From positions 1 to 44,565 of the forward strand of contig BTVJ01000059.1 of assembly GCA_045863395.1 (NCBI GenBank): 44,565 bases of DNA, written 5' to 3'. How positions within the stretch are numbered: position 1 is the first letter of the stretch; each line of letters begins with the position of its first letter. The stretch comes from Myxococcales bacterium (GTDB lineage Bacteria; Myxococcota_A; UBA9042; JABWCM01; BTVJ01). The notes beneath the pieces are model-generated. The model was not told the DNA's origin and did not search any database. It saw only the letters and a program-made list of their open reading frames with translations. Both the position numbers and the translations under genes were made by a program. This document shows positions 27,533 to 37,552 of this stretch, in pieces.

Positions 27533-28792
27533 CTACATGCCGATGACCGCGTTCTTCGGGATGACGACGATGCCCGTGTCGGAGACGTGGAAGCGCTCCC
27601 GGTCGCGCTCCGGGTCGAAGCCGATCTCGCAGCCGGGCGGGACGACCACGTTCTTGTCGATGATGGCGCGGCGCACGCGGGCTCGCCGCCCGATCTCAAC
27701 GTTGTCGAGCAGGATGGAGTCCTCCACCGTCGAGTAGCTGTGAACGCGAACGTTTGGGCCCAGAATGGACCGGGTGACCCGCCCGCCGCTCACGATTACG
27801 CCGCCACACGCGATGGAGTCCACCATCACACCGTAGCGCACGCCTTCGTCGGCGAAGACGGTCTTGGCGGGGGGCGCCTGGCCCTGATACGTGCGGATGG
27901 GCCACGAGGCGTCGTACAGATTGAACTGGGGCGTCACCGAGATGAGGTCCATGTTGGCCTCGTAGTAGCTCTCGATGGTGCCGATGTCGCGCCAGTAGGG
28001 CGTCGTCCCGGGGTTCTCGTCCTCGAAGGCGTAAGACCGGACGTTGTAGCGCTCGAGCATGGACGGGATGATGTCCTTGCCGAAGTCGTGGCTGCTGTCG
28101 ATCTCCGCGTCCGACGCGAGCACGTCGTAGAGGGCCTGCGCCCGGAACAGGTAGATACCCATGTTCACGAGGCTCTTGGACGGGTCACCAGGCATTGCCG
28201 GTGGCCTGGCGGGCTTCTCAAGGAAGCGGACGACGCGCCCCTCCGCGTCCGTCTCCACGATGCCGAAGCGCAGCGCCGACTCCTCGCGGTCATAGGGCAT
28301 GGAGCACAGCGTCAGGTCCGCGCCGGAGTCCAGGTGGGCGCGCATCATCAGCGAGTAGTCCATCTTGTAGACGTGGTCGCCGCTCAAGATGAGGACGTGC
28401 TGCGGCTTCTGCGCCTCGACGTGGATGACGTTCTGGAAGATGGCGTCCGCCGTACCCTCGTACCAGCGGTCCTGCTTCAGGAGCTGGGGCGGGACCCCAG
28501 TGACGTACTCGCCAAGCTCCGGGTTGAGCACGCTCCACCCGCGCTGCAGGTGCTCCGTCAGGGACTGGCTCTTGTACTGGGTGAGCACCATGATGCGGCG
28601 GAAGCCGCTGTTCACGCAGTTCGAGAGCATGAAGTCGATGATGCGGTACTTCCCGCCGAACGGGACGGACGGCTTGGATCTCTGCTCCGTGAGCGGCATG
28701 AGCCGCTCGCCCTTGCCCCCCGCCAGGATCATCGTGACCGTCTGGGCCAGCACGCGCTGGCTGAACGCGACCCTCTTTGCTCGAGCACCCAT
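27533..28792 (-). CDS. glgC: Glucose-1-phosphate adenylyltransferase
   Basis: ILAGGKGERLMPLT..RSKPSVPFGGKYRIIDF, GTADA, LSGDHVYKMDY, FLEKP, DFGKDII. Confidence 0.97.
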   Translation of the reverse strand: MGARAKRVAFSQRVLAQTVTMILAGGKGERLMPLTEQRSKPSVPFGGKYRIIDFMLSNCVNSGFRRIMVLTQYKSQSLTEHLQRGWSVLNPELGEYVTGVPPQLLKQDRWYEGTADAIFQNVIHVEAQKPQHVLILSGDHVYKMDYSLMMRAHLDSGADLTLCSMPYDREESALRFGIVETDAEGRVVRFLEKPARPPAMPGDPSKSLVNMGIYLFRAQALYDVLASDAEIDSSHDFGKDIIPSMLERYNVRSYAFEDENPGTTPYWRDIGTIESYYEANMDLISVTPQFNLYDASWPIRTYQGQAPPAKTVFADEGVRYGVMVDSIACGGVIVSGGRVTRSILGPNVRVHSYSTVEDSILLDNVEIGRRARVRRAIIDKNVVVPPGCEIGFDPERDRERFHVSDTGIVVIPKNAVIGM

Positions 28793-28903
28793 CGTGTCCA
28801 CCTCATGGTCTACGCCTGGGGCCCACCTTAGCACGGGTCGACGTGGGCGGGGAGGTGGCGCGCGGAAATGTGGGCGCGGAAGTCCACGGGGGCGCCGACG
28901 CGG

Positions 28904-29932
28904 TCACTCGGTGACCAGCTCCCGCAGGTAGCTCGCCGCGTCCTCCGGCGGGGTCGGGTTGATGTAGATGCCGCTCCCCCACTCGAACCCCGCGGAGCGG
29001 CTCAGCCGCGGGAAGATCTCGATGTGCCAGTGGTAGTCCGCCTGTAGCGTCTCCCAGTAGTGGGGGCGCACGGGCCTGTGGAGCGTGTTGGGGGCCGTGT
29101 GGATGATCAGGTTGTACGGGGGCCGGCCCAGCGCGCCGTTCATCCGGTGCATCGCGTCACGCAGGTTGACGGCCAGGTAGCGGAGCAGCTCGTCCGACGC
29201 CAGGGAGAAGTCGTGGCTGTGTGTCCGCGGCGCCAGCCAGAGCTCGAAGGGGAACCGCGAGGCGTAGGGGCACCAGGTGACGAAGTGCTCATCGATGGCG
29301 ACGATCCGCTTCCGCTCTTCGACCTCCTGGCGGATGACGTCGCAGAAGAGGCAGCGCTCCTTCACGTTGTAGTGCTGCCGCGCGGCGTCCAGCTCCAGGG
29401 CGACGGTGTGGGGGGTGACCGGGAGCGCGATGAGCTGGGAGTGGGGGTGCGAGACGGTCGCCCCGGCGGTCTCGCCGAAGTTCTTGAAGATCAAGATGTA
29501 ACGGAGGCGCGGGTCCCGCATGAGGTCAGCGAGGCGGTCCCGCCACGCGCGCACGATCAGGTACACCTGATGGACCGACAGGTCGGGCAGGTCGGTCGCG
29601 TGCTCCGGGCTCTCGACGATGATCTCGTGGGCGCCGACGCCCGTCATTCGATCATACATGCCGGCCCCGAAGCGCTCGAGCTCACCCTCCACGCGGAGGG
29701 CCGGGAACTTGTTCGGGATGACACGGAGCTGCCAGTTCGGGTCATTGGGGGCGCCGTGAGGGCGGACCGCCAGCAGCTCCCGGGGCGTCACGCTCTCGTG
29801 GCCGGGGCAGAAGGCGCACGACTCAGGGGAGGACGAAGAGCTCGGCGGCGAGAAGTCGGCTGGGCGCCGCCCGCGCTCCGTCGAGATGATCACCCAGCGC
29901 TTCTGGATCGGGTCGTGTCTGAGCTCCGGCAT
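28904..29932 (-). CDS. galT: GalT-family nucleotidyltransferase (Gal-1-P uridylyltransferase / ADP-glucose phosphorylase-like)
   Basis: ELRHDPI..WVII..R..RP, CAFCPG, NKFPAL, GATVSHPHSQL. Confidence 0.9.
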   Translation of the reverse strand: MPELRHDPIQKRWVIISTERGRRPADFSPPSSSSSPESCAFCPGHESVTPRELLAVRPHGAPNDPNWQLRVIPNKFPALRVEGELERFGAGMYDRMTGVGAHEIIVESPEHATDLPDLSVHQVYLIVRAWRDRLADLMRDPRLRYILIFKNFGETAGATVSHPHSQLIALPVTPHTVALELDAARQHYNVKERCLFCDVIRQEVEERKRIVAIDEHFVTWCPYASRFPFELWLAPRTHSHDFSLASDELLRYLAVNLRDAMHRMNGALGRPPYNLIIHTAPNTLHRPVRPHYWETLQADYHWHIEIFPRLSRSAGFEWGSGIYINPTPPEDAASYLRELVTE

Positions 29933-29954
29933 CTCAACCCCTCGTCATCGTGTG

Positions 29955-32090
29955 TCAGACGAACCAGCTCTGGAGCTCCAGCTCCCGCGGGTTGTGCTCG
30001 AACCGCAGGTTGTTCGCGAGCGGGAGGCGCTCGACCTCCTCCACCCCGTGTCGCAGGCTGGCGAAGAACTCCAGCACCAGCGGTCCCGGCGGCGCCGGCT
30101 CGCCCACCAGCATGGCCACGGGGATGCGCGCCTCGAAGATCCGGTCCCCGGCTGCCTCCACGGCGACCACAGGGGCGCCCTCCGTGCTCTCCGCGCGCAG
30201 GTGCGCCGCCTCACCGGGGACGAAGCGGAGCGTGACGGGGCGCGGGGCTACGAAGCGCAGCTCCAGGCGCGCCGAGGAGGCGAGGACGCGGCGCGCGCTC
30301 TCGTCGAAGTCGATGCGCACGTAGACGTTGTGGTCGTCGAAGCCGTAGTGGATGCACCGCATCCTCGACTCTTGCCGGTGGATGCTGCCCTGCTGGAAGT
30401 CGTGGCGGCCCGCCTGGTGCCACTTGAAGAAGCCGTCCAGCTTGCCAGTGATCTTCGGGCTGAGGAGGCGGGACGGGGCCTGCTGCATCTCTCGCGGCCG
30501 CACCTGCTCGATGCCGCGGTCCAGCTCGGCTGGGGGCGTCAGCCCCGCCAGCCGCCACGCCCGCTTGAGGAGGCGCAGGAAGAGCTGCTCGAACTCCCAG
30601 TCGTGGGCCGAGGAGTGCCCCTCGCCGAGCCACCAGAACCAATCGGACGCCTCCGCGCGGAGCAGGACGTCGAGCAGCTCCGCTCGGGTCTCGGCGGTGA
30701 GGTCGCCGTTGGCCATCACTGCCTCGGCAGCGCGTCGGGTGCGCGCAAGGTAGTCCCAGGCCTTGTTCTTGGACGGGTCGCCGATCCAGGTGCGGAAGTT
30801 GCCGTCGATCCACGAACCCGCGCGCAGCGACGGCAGGTCCGCGACCTGGTCGCCGTGGCGGTCCAGGTACGCCGAGAACGTGATGGGCTCGAGGTGCGGC
30901 TCGTCGCAGAGGCGGTCGTAGAGGCTCGCGAGGAAGTTCATCCCGCCCTCACGGTAGTGCTCCCACGCGTTCTCGCCGTCGAGGGCGATGGTCACCACCG
31001 GGTACGGGATGGTCGTCGCCTTCAGGATGGCGTCGAGGTGCTGGGCGAAGTCGTCCACGGCCCGCTCGATGGGCCACTGGGCGTAGACGAAGCCGATGCG
31101 GTCCGACAGGCCGTGGTCTCGAAAGAACAGGTTTACGCCGCCATGGCGCCACGGGCGGCAGAGCTCGTCCGCTCGGAATGGGGCGCCGAGGCTCTTGCGC
31201 AGGATCGCCTCGTCCGTGGCGACCCAGCGGACCCCGTTGCGCCCGAGCATCGACACGGCCTCCGTCGAGACCGACCCCTCGGGGGGCCACATCCCTGCCG
31301 GGCGCGCACCGAAGTGCCGCTCGAAGGCATCGAGGCCACGCTGGACCTGAAGCTCGGCGTCACCGGGGAACCGGAAGACCTCCCGCGGCAGTGGCGTCGC
31401 TCCGTCTGCCTCGGTGGCCGCGTCCGTGTCGATGAGGAGCGGCAGGATCGGGTGGTAGAAGGCGGACGCCGACAGCTCGATGCGTTGCTCGGCGGCGAGC
31501 CGCGCGTAGAAAGGCAGGATGCGCCCGAGCAGCTCCTGGTGGCGTTCGGCCAGACGGGCCTTGTCACGCTCCGTGAACCCGCGGCCCTTCTCGATGAGGT
31601 CACGCACGACGGGGTCTTCACGCAGCTCCTCGCCGCTCCAGGCCAAGTCGTACCACACTTGGAGGTCGCGCAGCTCGGCCTCCTGGAACCAGTCCGCGGG
31701 GTCGGCCTGTGCCGGGGCCACCTCCCGGAGGCTCAGCAGCTCCCGGTAACGCGGATAGGGCAGGATGTTGGACTCGCGGTGGACGGAGAACAGCTCCTGG
31801 GCGACGAAGCGCCGCTCGGGGACGGTCAGCGCGCTCGTGGGCTTCCGGGTCACCGCGGCGTAGCGGTCCACGACGCCGCCGTGCGCGATCTCGTCGAGCT
31901 GCTGGAGCAGGGAGGGGACGAAGTTGAAGGTGCAGCGCATGCGGTCATCGCGGTCCAGCACGCGCGCCATGTCGTGGTACTCGCGGAGCGCGTGCAGTCG
32001 CACCCACGGCAGCAGGGGCTCGGACGACTCCGGGTCCCGGTAGGGGGGCTGGTGCATGTGCCAGAGGATCGCGACGTACAGCTTCTTCAC
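29955..32090 (-). CDS. Glycoside hydrolase family 57 (amylopullulanase-like)
   Basis: LWHMHQP, HPILPL, GMWPPEG, WVATDE, LDGENAWE, AEASDWFWW. Confidence 0.95.
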   Translation of the reverse strand: MKKLYVAILWHMHQPPYRDPESSEPLLPWVRLHALREYHDMARVLDRDDRMRCTFNFVPSLLQQLDEIAHGGVVDRYAAVTRKPTSALTVPERRFVAQELFSVHRESNILPYPRYRELLSLREVAPAQADPADWFQEAELRDLQVWYDLAWSGEELREDPVVRDLIEKGRGFTERDKARLAERHQELLGRILPFYARLAAEQRIELSASAFYHPILPLLIDTDAATEADGATPLPREVFRFPGDAELQVQRGLDAFERHFGARPAGMWPPEGSVSTEAVSMLGRNGVRWVATDEAILRKSLGAPFRADELCRPWRHGGVNLFFRDHGLSDRIGFVYAQWPIERAVDDFAQHLDAILKATTIPYPVVTIALDGENAWEHYREGGMNFLASLYDRLCDEPHLEPITFSAYLDRHGDQVADLPSLRAGSWIDGNFRTWIGDPSKNKAWDYLARTRRAAEAVMANGDLTAETRAELLDVLLRAEASDWFWWLGEGHSSAHDWEFEQLFLRLLKRAWRLAGLTPPAELDRGIEQVRPREMQQAPSRLLSPKITGKLDGFFKWHQAGRHDFQQGSIHRQESRMRCIHYGFDDHNVYVRIDFDESARRVLASSARLELRFVAPRPVTLRFVPGEAAHLRAESTEGAPVVAVEAAGDRIFEARIPVAMLVGEPAPPGPLVLEFFASLRHGVEEVERLPLANNLRFEHNPRELELQSWFV

Positions 32091-32129
32091 GGAGTGGCTC
32101 ACCTTTGGGCTCTGTGGTAGCACACGGCG

Positions 32130-32837
32130 CTACCGGAAGGCCAGCACGTACACGTCGTAGAGCGCGTGGGTGTAGACCGCGACCGCGAACCCGCGCGCCA
32201 GGAACAGCGCGGCGAACACGAGGCCGGCGAGGCTCCGGTAGGCGAAGGTGAAGAGCTGGAAGCTCTCCGGTCCCAGGTAGTGGGCGAGCGAGAACAGCAC
32301 CGAGGACGTGACGACGGACAGGGTCACCGCCAGCCCTGGGCGGAGGCCCGCGGTGCGGGTCAGAAGCCAGGCGATGGCGGGGATCATGAGCAGCCGGAAC
32401 ACCAGCTCCTCGTGGACGCCGGCCCCCGCCGAGATCGTGAGCACGGTGAAGAGCCCCATGGGCTCGCCGGGGGCTCCCCCGAGCAGGTGCGCCTCCCGCA
32501 TGACGGCGAGGATCAGCGTCCCCATGCCGAGGGCGTAGACCAGGGACTCGGCGAGCAGCGGCGCGTAGTACGCCAGGTGGAACTGGCGCTTGCGCTGGAG
32601 CACGCCGATGGCGATCAGGAAGGCGACGATCACCACGCCCTGGGTGATGAGGTAGCCGGTGCGATCCAGGGTCTCCACCAGGATCCACGTCACCAGGTCG
32701 GCCCCGTTGAGCGCCCGCCAGTCCGTGACGAGCAGGCCCACGTTGTAGAGGACGAGGAGGGGCAGCACCATCACGAGCCCGATGAGCGGGCTCCGGGAGT
32801 TGAGGAGGTAGCGCTTCAGCTCAGCCACGCCACGCAT
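32130..32837 (-). CDS. CPBP (CAAX/Abi) family intramembrane glutamic endopeptidase
   Basis: GVHEELVFR, FSLAH and HALYD motifs with TM helices. Confidence 0.88.
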   Translation of the reverse strand: MRGVAELKRYLLNSRSPLIGLVMVLPLLVLYNVGLLVTDWRALNGADLVTWILVETLDRTGYLITQGVVIVAFLIAIGVLQRKRQFHLAYYAPLLAESLVYALGMGTLILAVMREAHLLGGAPGEPMGLFTVLTISAGAGVHEELVFRLLMIPAIAWLLTRTAGLRPGLAVTLSVVTSSVLFSLAHYLGPESFQLFTFAYRSLAGLVFAALFLARGFAVAVYTHALYDVYVLAFR

Positions 32838-32881
32838 CCTACACGGGGCTCCGGGCTGCGCAACATCCATGGGGATCGGCC

Positions 32882-32909
32882 TTGACACGCGGGTCCGAAC
32901 CGGTATAAA
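32882..32909 (+). promoter_or_regulatory. Sigma70 promoter of rpsU
   Basis: TTGACA-N16-TATAAA. Confidence 0.7.
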
Positions 32910-33010
32910 CGACCCTCCACGCTCTCGGGGGCCCGTAGGGGGCCGGCGTCGGTTCGCACCGGCGGCACTGGGAGCGCACTTCGCAAACGCATGGAATCAA
33001 GGGTGTCTGG

Positions 33011-33244
33011 ATGGCGAGACCGACGGAAGAGTTCCGGCCGCTCGAGGTCAAGGTGGAGGGCGACAACGTCGCTCGCGCGATCTCTCAGCTCAAGCGCAAG
33101 ATGGCGACCGAGGGGGTGTTCAAAGAGATCAAGCGCCGCCGCTTCTACGAGAAGCCCAGCGAGCGTCGCAAGCGCAAGCTCCGCGAGGCTGCCCGGCGCC
33201 GTCGCAAGGCGCTGCGTCCGCGCGTGCGCAAGCCCACGCGCTAG
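33011..33244 (+). CDS. rpsU: 30S ribosomal protein S21
   Basis: A...LKRKM..EG...EIKRRRFYEKPSERRKRK. Confidence 0.95.
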   Translation: MARPTEEFRPLEVKVEGDNVARAISQLKRKMATEGVFKEIKRRRFYEKPSERRKRKLREAARRRRKALRPRVRKPTR

Positions 33245-33351
33245 CTCACCAGGTGGTGTCCCGGCACTTCCGGGGGGAACCCGCTCGCTCGACACCCACC
33301 CTTGATTCGGCACCTGCTCGGCGGCTGGGACCGCGCGGACTTGCCGTGCCG

Positions 33352-34230
33352 TCACGGCACCGCCAGCGGGACCGGCTCATCACGGAACGCGCCCGAGTCC
33401 ACGTCGAACTGATGGGAGTGGATCGCCCGCAGCGCTCCGTCCCCGATGTCGTAGACGTTGTAGCGGGCCATGTGGACCCGGTGGTGCCACGTGGACGAGC
33501 CGCACCCGATGACGGGGATTCGTCCTCCCGTGTCGCCCAGATGGTAGCGGTGCGCCTTGTGGCTGTGTCCATGCAGAACGAGATTGGCCCCGGCGTCCGC
33601 GATGGCGCGCGCTACGGCGTCGCGGTCCCGAAGCCGGCTCGTCGCCTCGCTGAACCGCCCCCGTCGGTGCAGGTTGTGGTGGAGCAGCACGACCTTGAAG
33701 GTCCCGTCGAGCCGCGGGTCCCGCGCCCGCTCGACCAGAAGCTCCCGCTGAGCGCGCCCCACCCGCCCATAGCTGAGGAAGGGCAGGGTCCAGTACGTGG
33801 AGTTCAGCCCAAGGAAGGTGACCCCGCCGACCTGCTTGACGAACGGGAAGCCCTCCGCCGCCTCCGTGCCCATCCAGTCGCCAAACCAGCCCTGGAAGCG
33901 CCGCTCACGCACAGAGCCCGCGGTGTAGGTGTCGTGGTTGCCTGGGATCACCGTCACCCGCTCCGGGCCTCCGAGGCGCTCCAGCTCCCGCCGTGCCCGC
34001 GCAAACTCAGCGTCAAGGGCGAGGTTGGAGAGGTCGCCCGTGATCACGACGTGGTCGTAGCCCTTGGCGATCAGGTGGTCCACCAGGGCGACGAGGAGCT
34101 GGGCGGGGTGGGCGCCCCGGCGGAAGGAGAGCAGGTTCACTGCGCCGGAGACGCGCTTGTTCATGAAGCGGCGCCAGGACACGCCGGTGAGATCGAGGAC
34201 GTGCAGGTCCGATACGTGGGCGATGCGCAC
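33352..34230 (-). CDS. Calcineurin-like metallophosphoesterase
   Basis: HVSDLH, ITGDL, PGNHD, LHH, HGHSH; AAGGAGGAG RBS. Confidence 0.93.
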   Translation of the reverse strand: MRIAHVSDLHVLDLTGVSWRRFMNKRVSGAVNLLSFRRGAHPAQLLVALVDHLIAKGYDHVVITGDLSNLALDAEFARARRELERLGGPERVTVIPGNHDTYTAGSVRERRFQGWFGDWMGTEAAEGFPFVKQVGGVTFLGLNSTYWTLPFLSYGRVGRAQRELLVERARDPRLDGTFKVVLLHHNLHRRGRFSEATSRLRDRDAVARAIADAGANLVLHGHSHKAHRYHLGDTGGRIPVIGCGSSTWHHRVHMARYNVYDIGDGALRAIHSHQFDVDSGAFRDEPVPLAVP

Positions 34231-34331
34231 GGCTCCTCCTTGCGGCTCGCTTCTGGTGGCCGCGGCCAAGCGAAGGTAGACGCTCGGGCGCTCGGAGTCA
34301 AAGTGTGTCGCCGACTCGTTGGGAGGATGGG

Positions 34332-35141
34332 ATGGTCCGGCTGAAGCGTGAGATGGAGGGCCTCGACCCGGATCCGCGGCGGACTCCGCCCGCGTGGCAG
34401 GGGGTCGAGGGGCTGCGGTCCCAGGTGGAGGCGCCCGCCCGGGCGGCGCTGCGGCGCTTCTTGCGCGACGACCCGAGCGGCCTGCTGTCGGCGGGGCTCC
34501 CCCCGTCCTTGGTCGTCGAGCTTGCCATGCTCGGGTGGTCCATTACGGTCGTGGAGGCGGACCCGCAGGTGGTCCGGGCGCTCCAGTCCGCGGTCATCGA
34601 CCACGGGCTCATGCGCAAGGTGTCGATCATCCAGAAGGAGCTGGGGCACGCCAGCTTCGAGCCGAGCGCGTTCGAGGCCGTCGCCCTCATGGGCGTGCTG
34701 GAGCGGTACCCATCCCCCGAGAACGTGCTCCGCAAGGCGGTGCGAGAGCTGAAGATGGGCGGGCGCTTGTTCGCGACCGCGCTCGTGCGCCCCGAGGGGG
34801 CCTCCACATCCCGGATTCGTGGCGCCGCCTCCAGCCTGCGCCGGCGACTTGGCGGGGAGTCCCGGGAGCACGCGGTGGTCGATCTGGAGCCCATGCTCGC
34901 AGAGCTGGGGAGGCTGGCCAAGGTGGACTGCGTCGAGCGCTCCGGGGGCCTCGTCCCCGTCGTCGCCGAGGCCCTGGCGCCCCTGCGCGGGGTCCTGGCT
35001 TCCCTTGCCGAGCGCGCCGTGCGGGCCGCCTCGGACCTCGCCGTGCCAGTCCCGTCGGCGCTGGGGGGCTCGGCGCTCGTGTGGGTCGAGGCCCGGAAGG
35101 AGCTTGGTTTCGGTCGCGTCTTCACTCAGCGAAAGGGCTGA
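34332..35141 (+). CDS. Class I SAM-methyltransferase-like protein (motif I degenerate)
   Basis: ELAMLGWSITVVE, FEPSAFEAV...VLE...L....RELKMGG. Confidence 0.6.
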   Translation: MVRLKREMEGLDPDPRRTPPAWQGVEGLRSQVEAPARAALRRFLRDDPSGLLSAGLPPSLVVELAMLGWSITVVEADPQVVRALQSAVIDHGLMRKVSIIQKELGHASFEPSAFEAVALMGVLERYPSPENVLRKAVRELKMGGRLFATALVRPEGASTSRIRGAASSLRRRLGGESREHAVVDLEPMLAELGRLAKVDCVERSGGLVPVVAEALAPLRGVLASLAERAVRAASDLAVPVPSALGGSALVWVEARKELGFGRVFTQRKG

Positions 35142-35208
35142 CATCTCCCCGTTGACTCTGCGCTGTACCCGGAGTACAACCAAACTCCACCCAGGACGCG
35201 CGGGGCCG

Positions 35209-36228
35209 ATGATCGGCGTCATCACCAACCCGAACAGCAAGAAGAACCGGCGCAGGCCGCACCGCGCAGCGGAGCTTCGTGACGCCGTGGGCTCCATGGG
35301 CATCGTCCGGCAGACGCGCGACACGTCGGAGATCGCTGGCGTCCTCCACGAGTTCGAGGACCGGGGCGTCGACGTCTGGGTTTCGGACGGCGGCGATGGA
35401 GTCCTGCACTGGATGCTCAACACGGGCCGAGCAGTGCTCGTTGATCGCGGCCACGCCCCGGGTACACTGCGCCCCGTCGTCCCCGCCAACGGCGGTACCA
35501 TCGACTTCGTCGCCAAGAAGGCGGGGGTCCGGGGGAGCGCCGTCCAGATCCTCCAGCGCCTCGCATCCCTCGCACGCCGTGGCCAGCGTCCGCGCATCGT
35601 GGAGCTGGACTCTTTGTGGATCGAGGGTGATCCGGCAGTCCCCGCCTCGCCCCTCGGGCGCCTCGGCTTCGCGTGCGCCATCGCCGGCGTGGGGCAGCGC
35701 TTCTTCTCGCGCTACTACGAGTACCCGAACCCCGGCCCTCGCACCATCATCCGGGTGGTCGCCCGAGGCGTCGCGAGCTGGCTCCTGGGCGCGTGGCCCT
35801 TGTCGGCCCTCCCCGGCGTCCCCGACCGCTTCCGAGCCTACGCCCGGGACATCTTCCGCCCTGCACCGGCGCGGGTCACCATCGACGGTGAGCTCGTCGC
35901 CGAGTCGCGGTTCACGGCCCTCAACGCCGGCTCCATCGACGTGGATCTGGGCGGGGTCATCCGCGTGTTTCCGCTGGCCCGCGACAAGGGGAGCCTCGAC
36001 TTCCAGGCGGGGGCGCCGAGCCCCATGCACATCATCAGGAGCCTGCCGGACCTGTACCGCGGGCGCGGGATCCACATCCCCGAGCTGACGGAGCAGACGG
36101 CGGAGCGCATGGATGTGCAGGCAACGACGGACGAGCTGCTGGATCCGGTCATCGACGGAGAGCTGACCTTCGGCTACCGGGAGCTGCGCATCCGTCGAGG
36201 CCCGGTGGTGCCCGTCGCCGTGGCGTGA
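35209..36228 (+). CDS. Diacylglycerol/sphingosine kinase family protein
   Basis: GVITNPNS, GGDG, GGT..FVA, VIDGE; TTGACT-N17-TACAAC upstream. Confidence 0.85.
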   Translation: MIGVITNPNSKKNRRRPHRAAELRDAVGSMGIVRQTRDTSEIAGVLHEFEDRGVDVWVSDGGDGVLHWMLNTGRAVLVDRGHAPGTLRPVVPANGGTIDFVAKKAGVRGSAVQILQRLASLARRGQRPRIVELDSLWIEGDPAVPASPLGRLGFACAIAGVGQRFFSRYYEYPNPGPRTIIRVVARGVASWLLGAWPLSALPGVPDRFRAYARDIFRPAPARVTIDGELVAESRFTALNAGSIDVDLGGVIRVFPLARDKGSLDFQAGAPSPMHIIRSLPDLYRGRGIHIPELTEQTAERMDVQATTDELLDPVIDGELTFGYRELRIRRGPVVPVAVA

Positions 36229-36231
36229 TCG

Positions 36232-37380
36232 CTACCGCGCCTCGTGCACGCCCTCTTCGACCTCCATGGTCTCGACGACGTCGTCGGCGTGGGTCCCCTC
36301 GATGACGTCGTGCGCCGAGACCTTGCCGCTCGCCAGGAACCACAGCCCGAACAGGCTCTGCTGCGCGAGCTGCATCACGTAGACGACGAGGCCGTACACC
36401 GTGGCCTGGGCGATGCCCGGCCCGATCCCGTACAGCTCCAGGGGCAGGAGGAGGAAGTACCAGAAGGTCCCCACGTTGCCCGGGGAGTTGGGGATCATCA
36501 TGCCGACGACCACGCAGGACATCATGGCGTAGGCCGCGACCAGGGGGACGTCCAGGCCGAAGCCCTTTGCGAACAGCCACAGCCCCACCCCGTTGATGCC
36601 CCAGTAGACCGCGGTGATCACACAGAACCACGCAAAGTTCCGCCAGTCGGGCAGGACGGCCAGGCCCTTGAGGAAGGCGCGGAGCAGGTCGGCGAGGCCG
36701 TGGGCCACCTTGCGGGAGACGCGCCCGACGATGGCCTCGATGAGGTCGATGGCCTGCTCGCGGCGCCAGTAGAGCCCGATGAGCACCACGATGCCGCCGA
36801 CGAAGACCGCCAGCGCCGCCCAGGCGCCCAAACGGATCTCGTTGAAGGACGCGGAGTCTTGCGGCATCTGGAACAGCACGAGGAACAAGAGCAGCGTCAC
36901 CATCAGGCCGTCCATGACGCGCTCCACCACGATGGTGGCGAGCCCCTCGCTCATGCGGATGCGGGGCTGGGCCTTTGCCAGCATGTACGGGCGGACGAAC
37001 TCGCCCAGGCGAAGCGGGAACAGGAACACGGCCATGAAGCCGACGGCGCCGATGCGGTTGAGGGTGGGGAAGTCCACCGGGGCGAGCGGGCGCAGAAGCG
37101 GCGCCCACCGGATGACCCGCAGGAAGTGGATGGCGCTGAGCACCGCCAGGTAGGGGAGGATGTAGAGCAGGTCGAAGCTCCATCCGCCGCCGCGCGCGGC
37201 ATCTCCAATCACCACGTCGTTTGCGATTGCGGGGGTCGTGCCCGGGCTCCAGAGCACCGTGCCGTCCAGAAAGATGGGGGCGCGCCACAGCTCGTCGAAG
37301 CGGCCCCCGCGCGCGGAGAGCCACACGAACAAGGCTCCGATGGCCAGGGAGACGATCCACTTGATGGCGGTCTTGAGCAA
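36232..37380 (-). CDS. Lysylphosphatidylglycerol synthase TM / UPF0104 flippase-like membrane protein
   Basis: RW..LL, PLRLGEFVR, VVERVMDG, PNSPGNVGTF; probable TTG start after GGAG. Confidence 0.88.
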   Translation of the reverse strand: MLKTAIKWIVSLAIGALFVWLSARGGRFDELWRAPIFLDGTVLWSPGTTPAIANDVVIGDAARGGGWSFDLLYILPYLAVLSAIHFLRVIRWAPLLRPLAPVDFPTLNRIGAVGFMAVFLFPLRLGEFVRPYMLAKAQPRIRMSEGLATIVVERVMDGLMVTLLLFLVLFQMPQDSASFNEIRLGAWAALAVFVGGIVVLIGLYWRREQAIDLIEAIVGRVSRKVAHGLADLLRAFLKGLAVLPDWRNFAWFCVITAVYWGINGVGLWLFAKGFGLDVPLVAAYAMMSCVVVGMMIPNSPGNVGTFWYFLLLPLELYGIGPGIAQATVYGLVVYVMQLAQQSLFGLWFLASGKVSAHDVIEGTHADDVVETMEVEEGVHEAR

Positions 37381-37390
37381 GGCTCCGCTC

Positions 37391-37552
37391 AGGCGCCGGT
37401 GCATAACAACCTGATCCATCGAGGGCCCCGATGCGCCCCGCTGGCAGTCTGGCGAGGCCGCAGGCAGGGCCTTGTCCTTCCAAGGCCTCGCCAGGCTGCC
37501 AGCGGGGATGCAGCGGGGCCCGAATGGCGCAGGTTGTTGTGCATCGGCGCCT
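37391..37552. repeat. 162-bp imperfect inverted repeat filling the intergenic space
   Basis: 69-nt arms at 37391-37459 and 37484-37552 around a 24-nt loop. Confidence 0.9.

Noticed and set aside
32130..32837. Abortive-infection function of the Abi/CAAX gene
   Set aside because: The family name is historical; the motifs indicate an intramembrane protease in a housekeeping context
37401..37542. attC site reading of the long hairpin (GCACAAC...GTTATGC on the minus strand)
   Set aside because: Spacers and outer flanks are also paired, no extrahelical base is evident in the L box, and there is no integrase or cassette array
37391..37552. 6S RNA or SRP RNA
   Set aside because: No large central bubble and no SRP CAGG-GNRA-AGCAG motif
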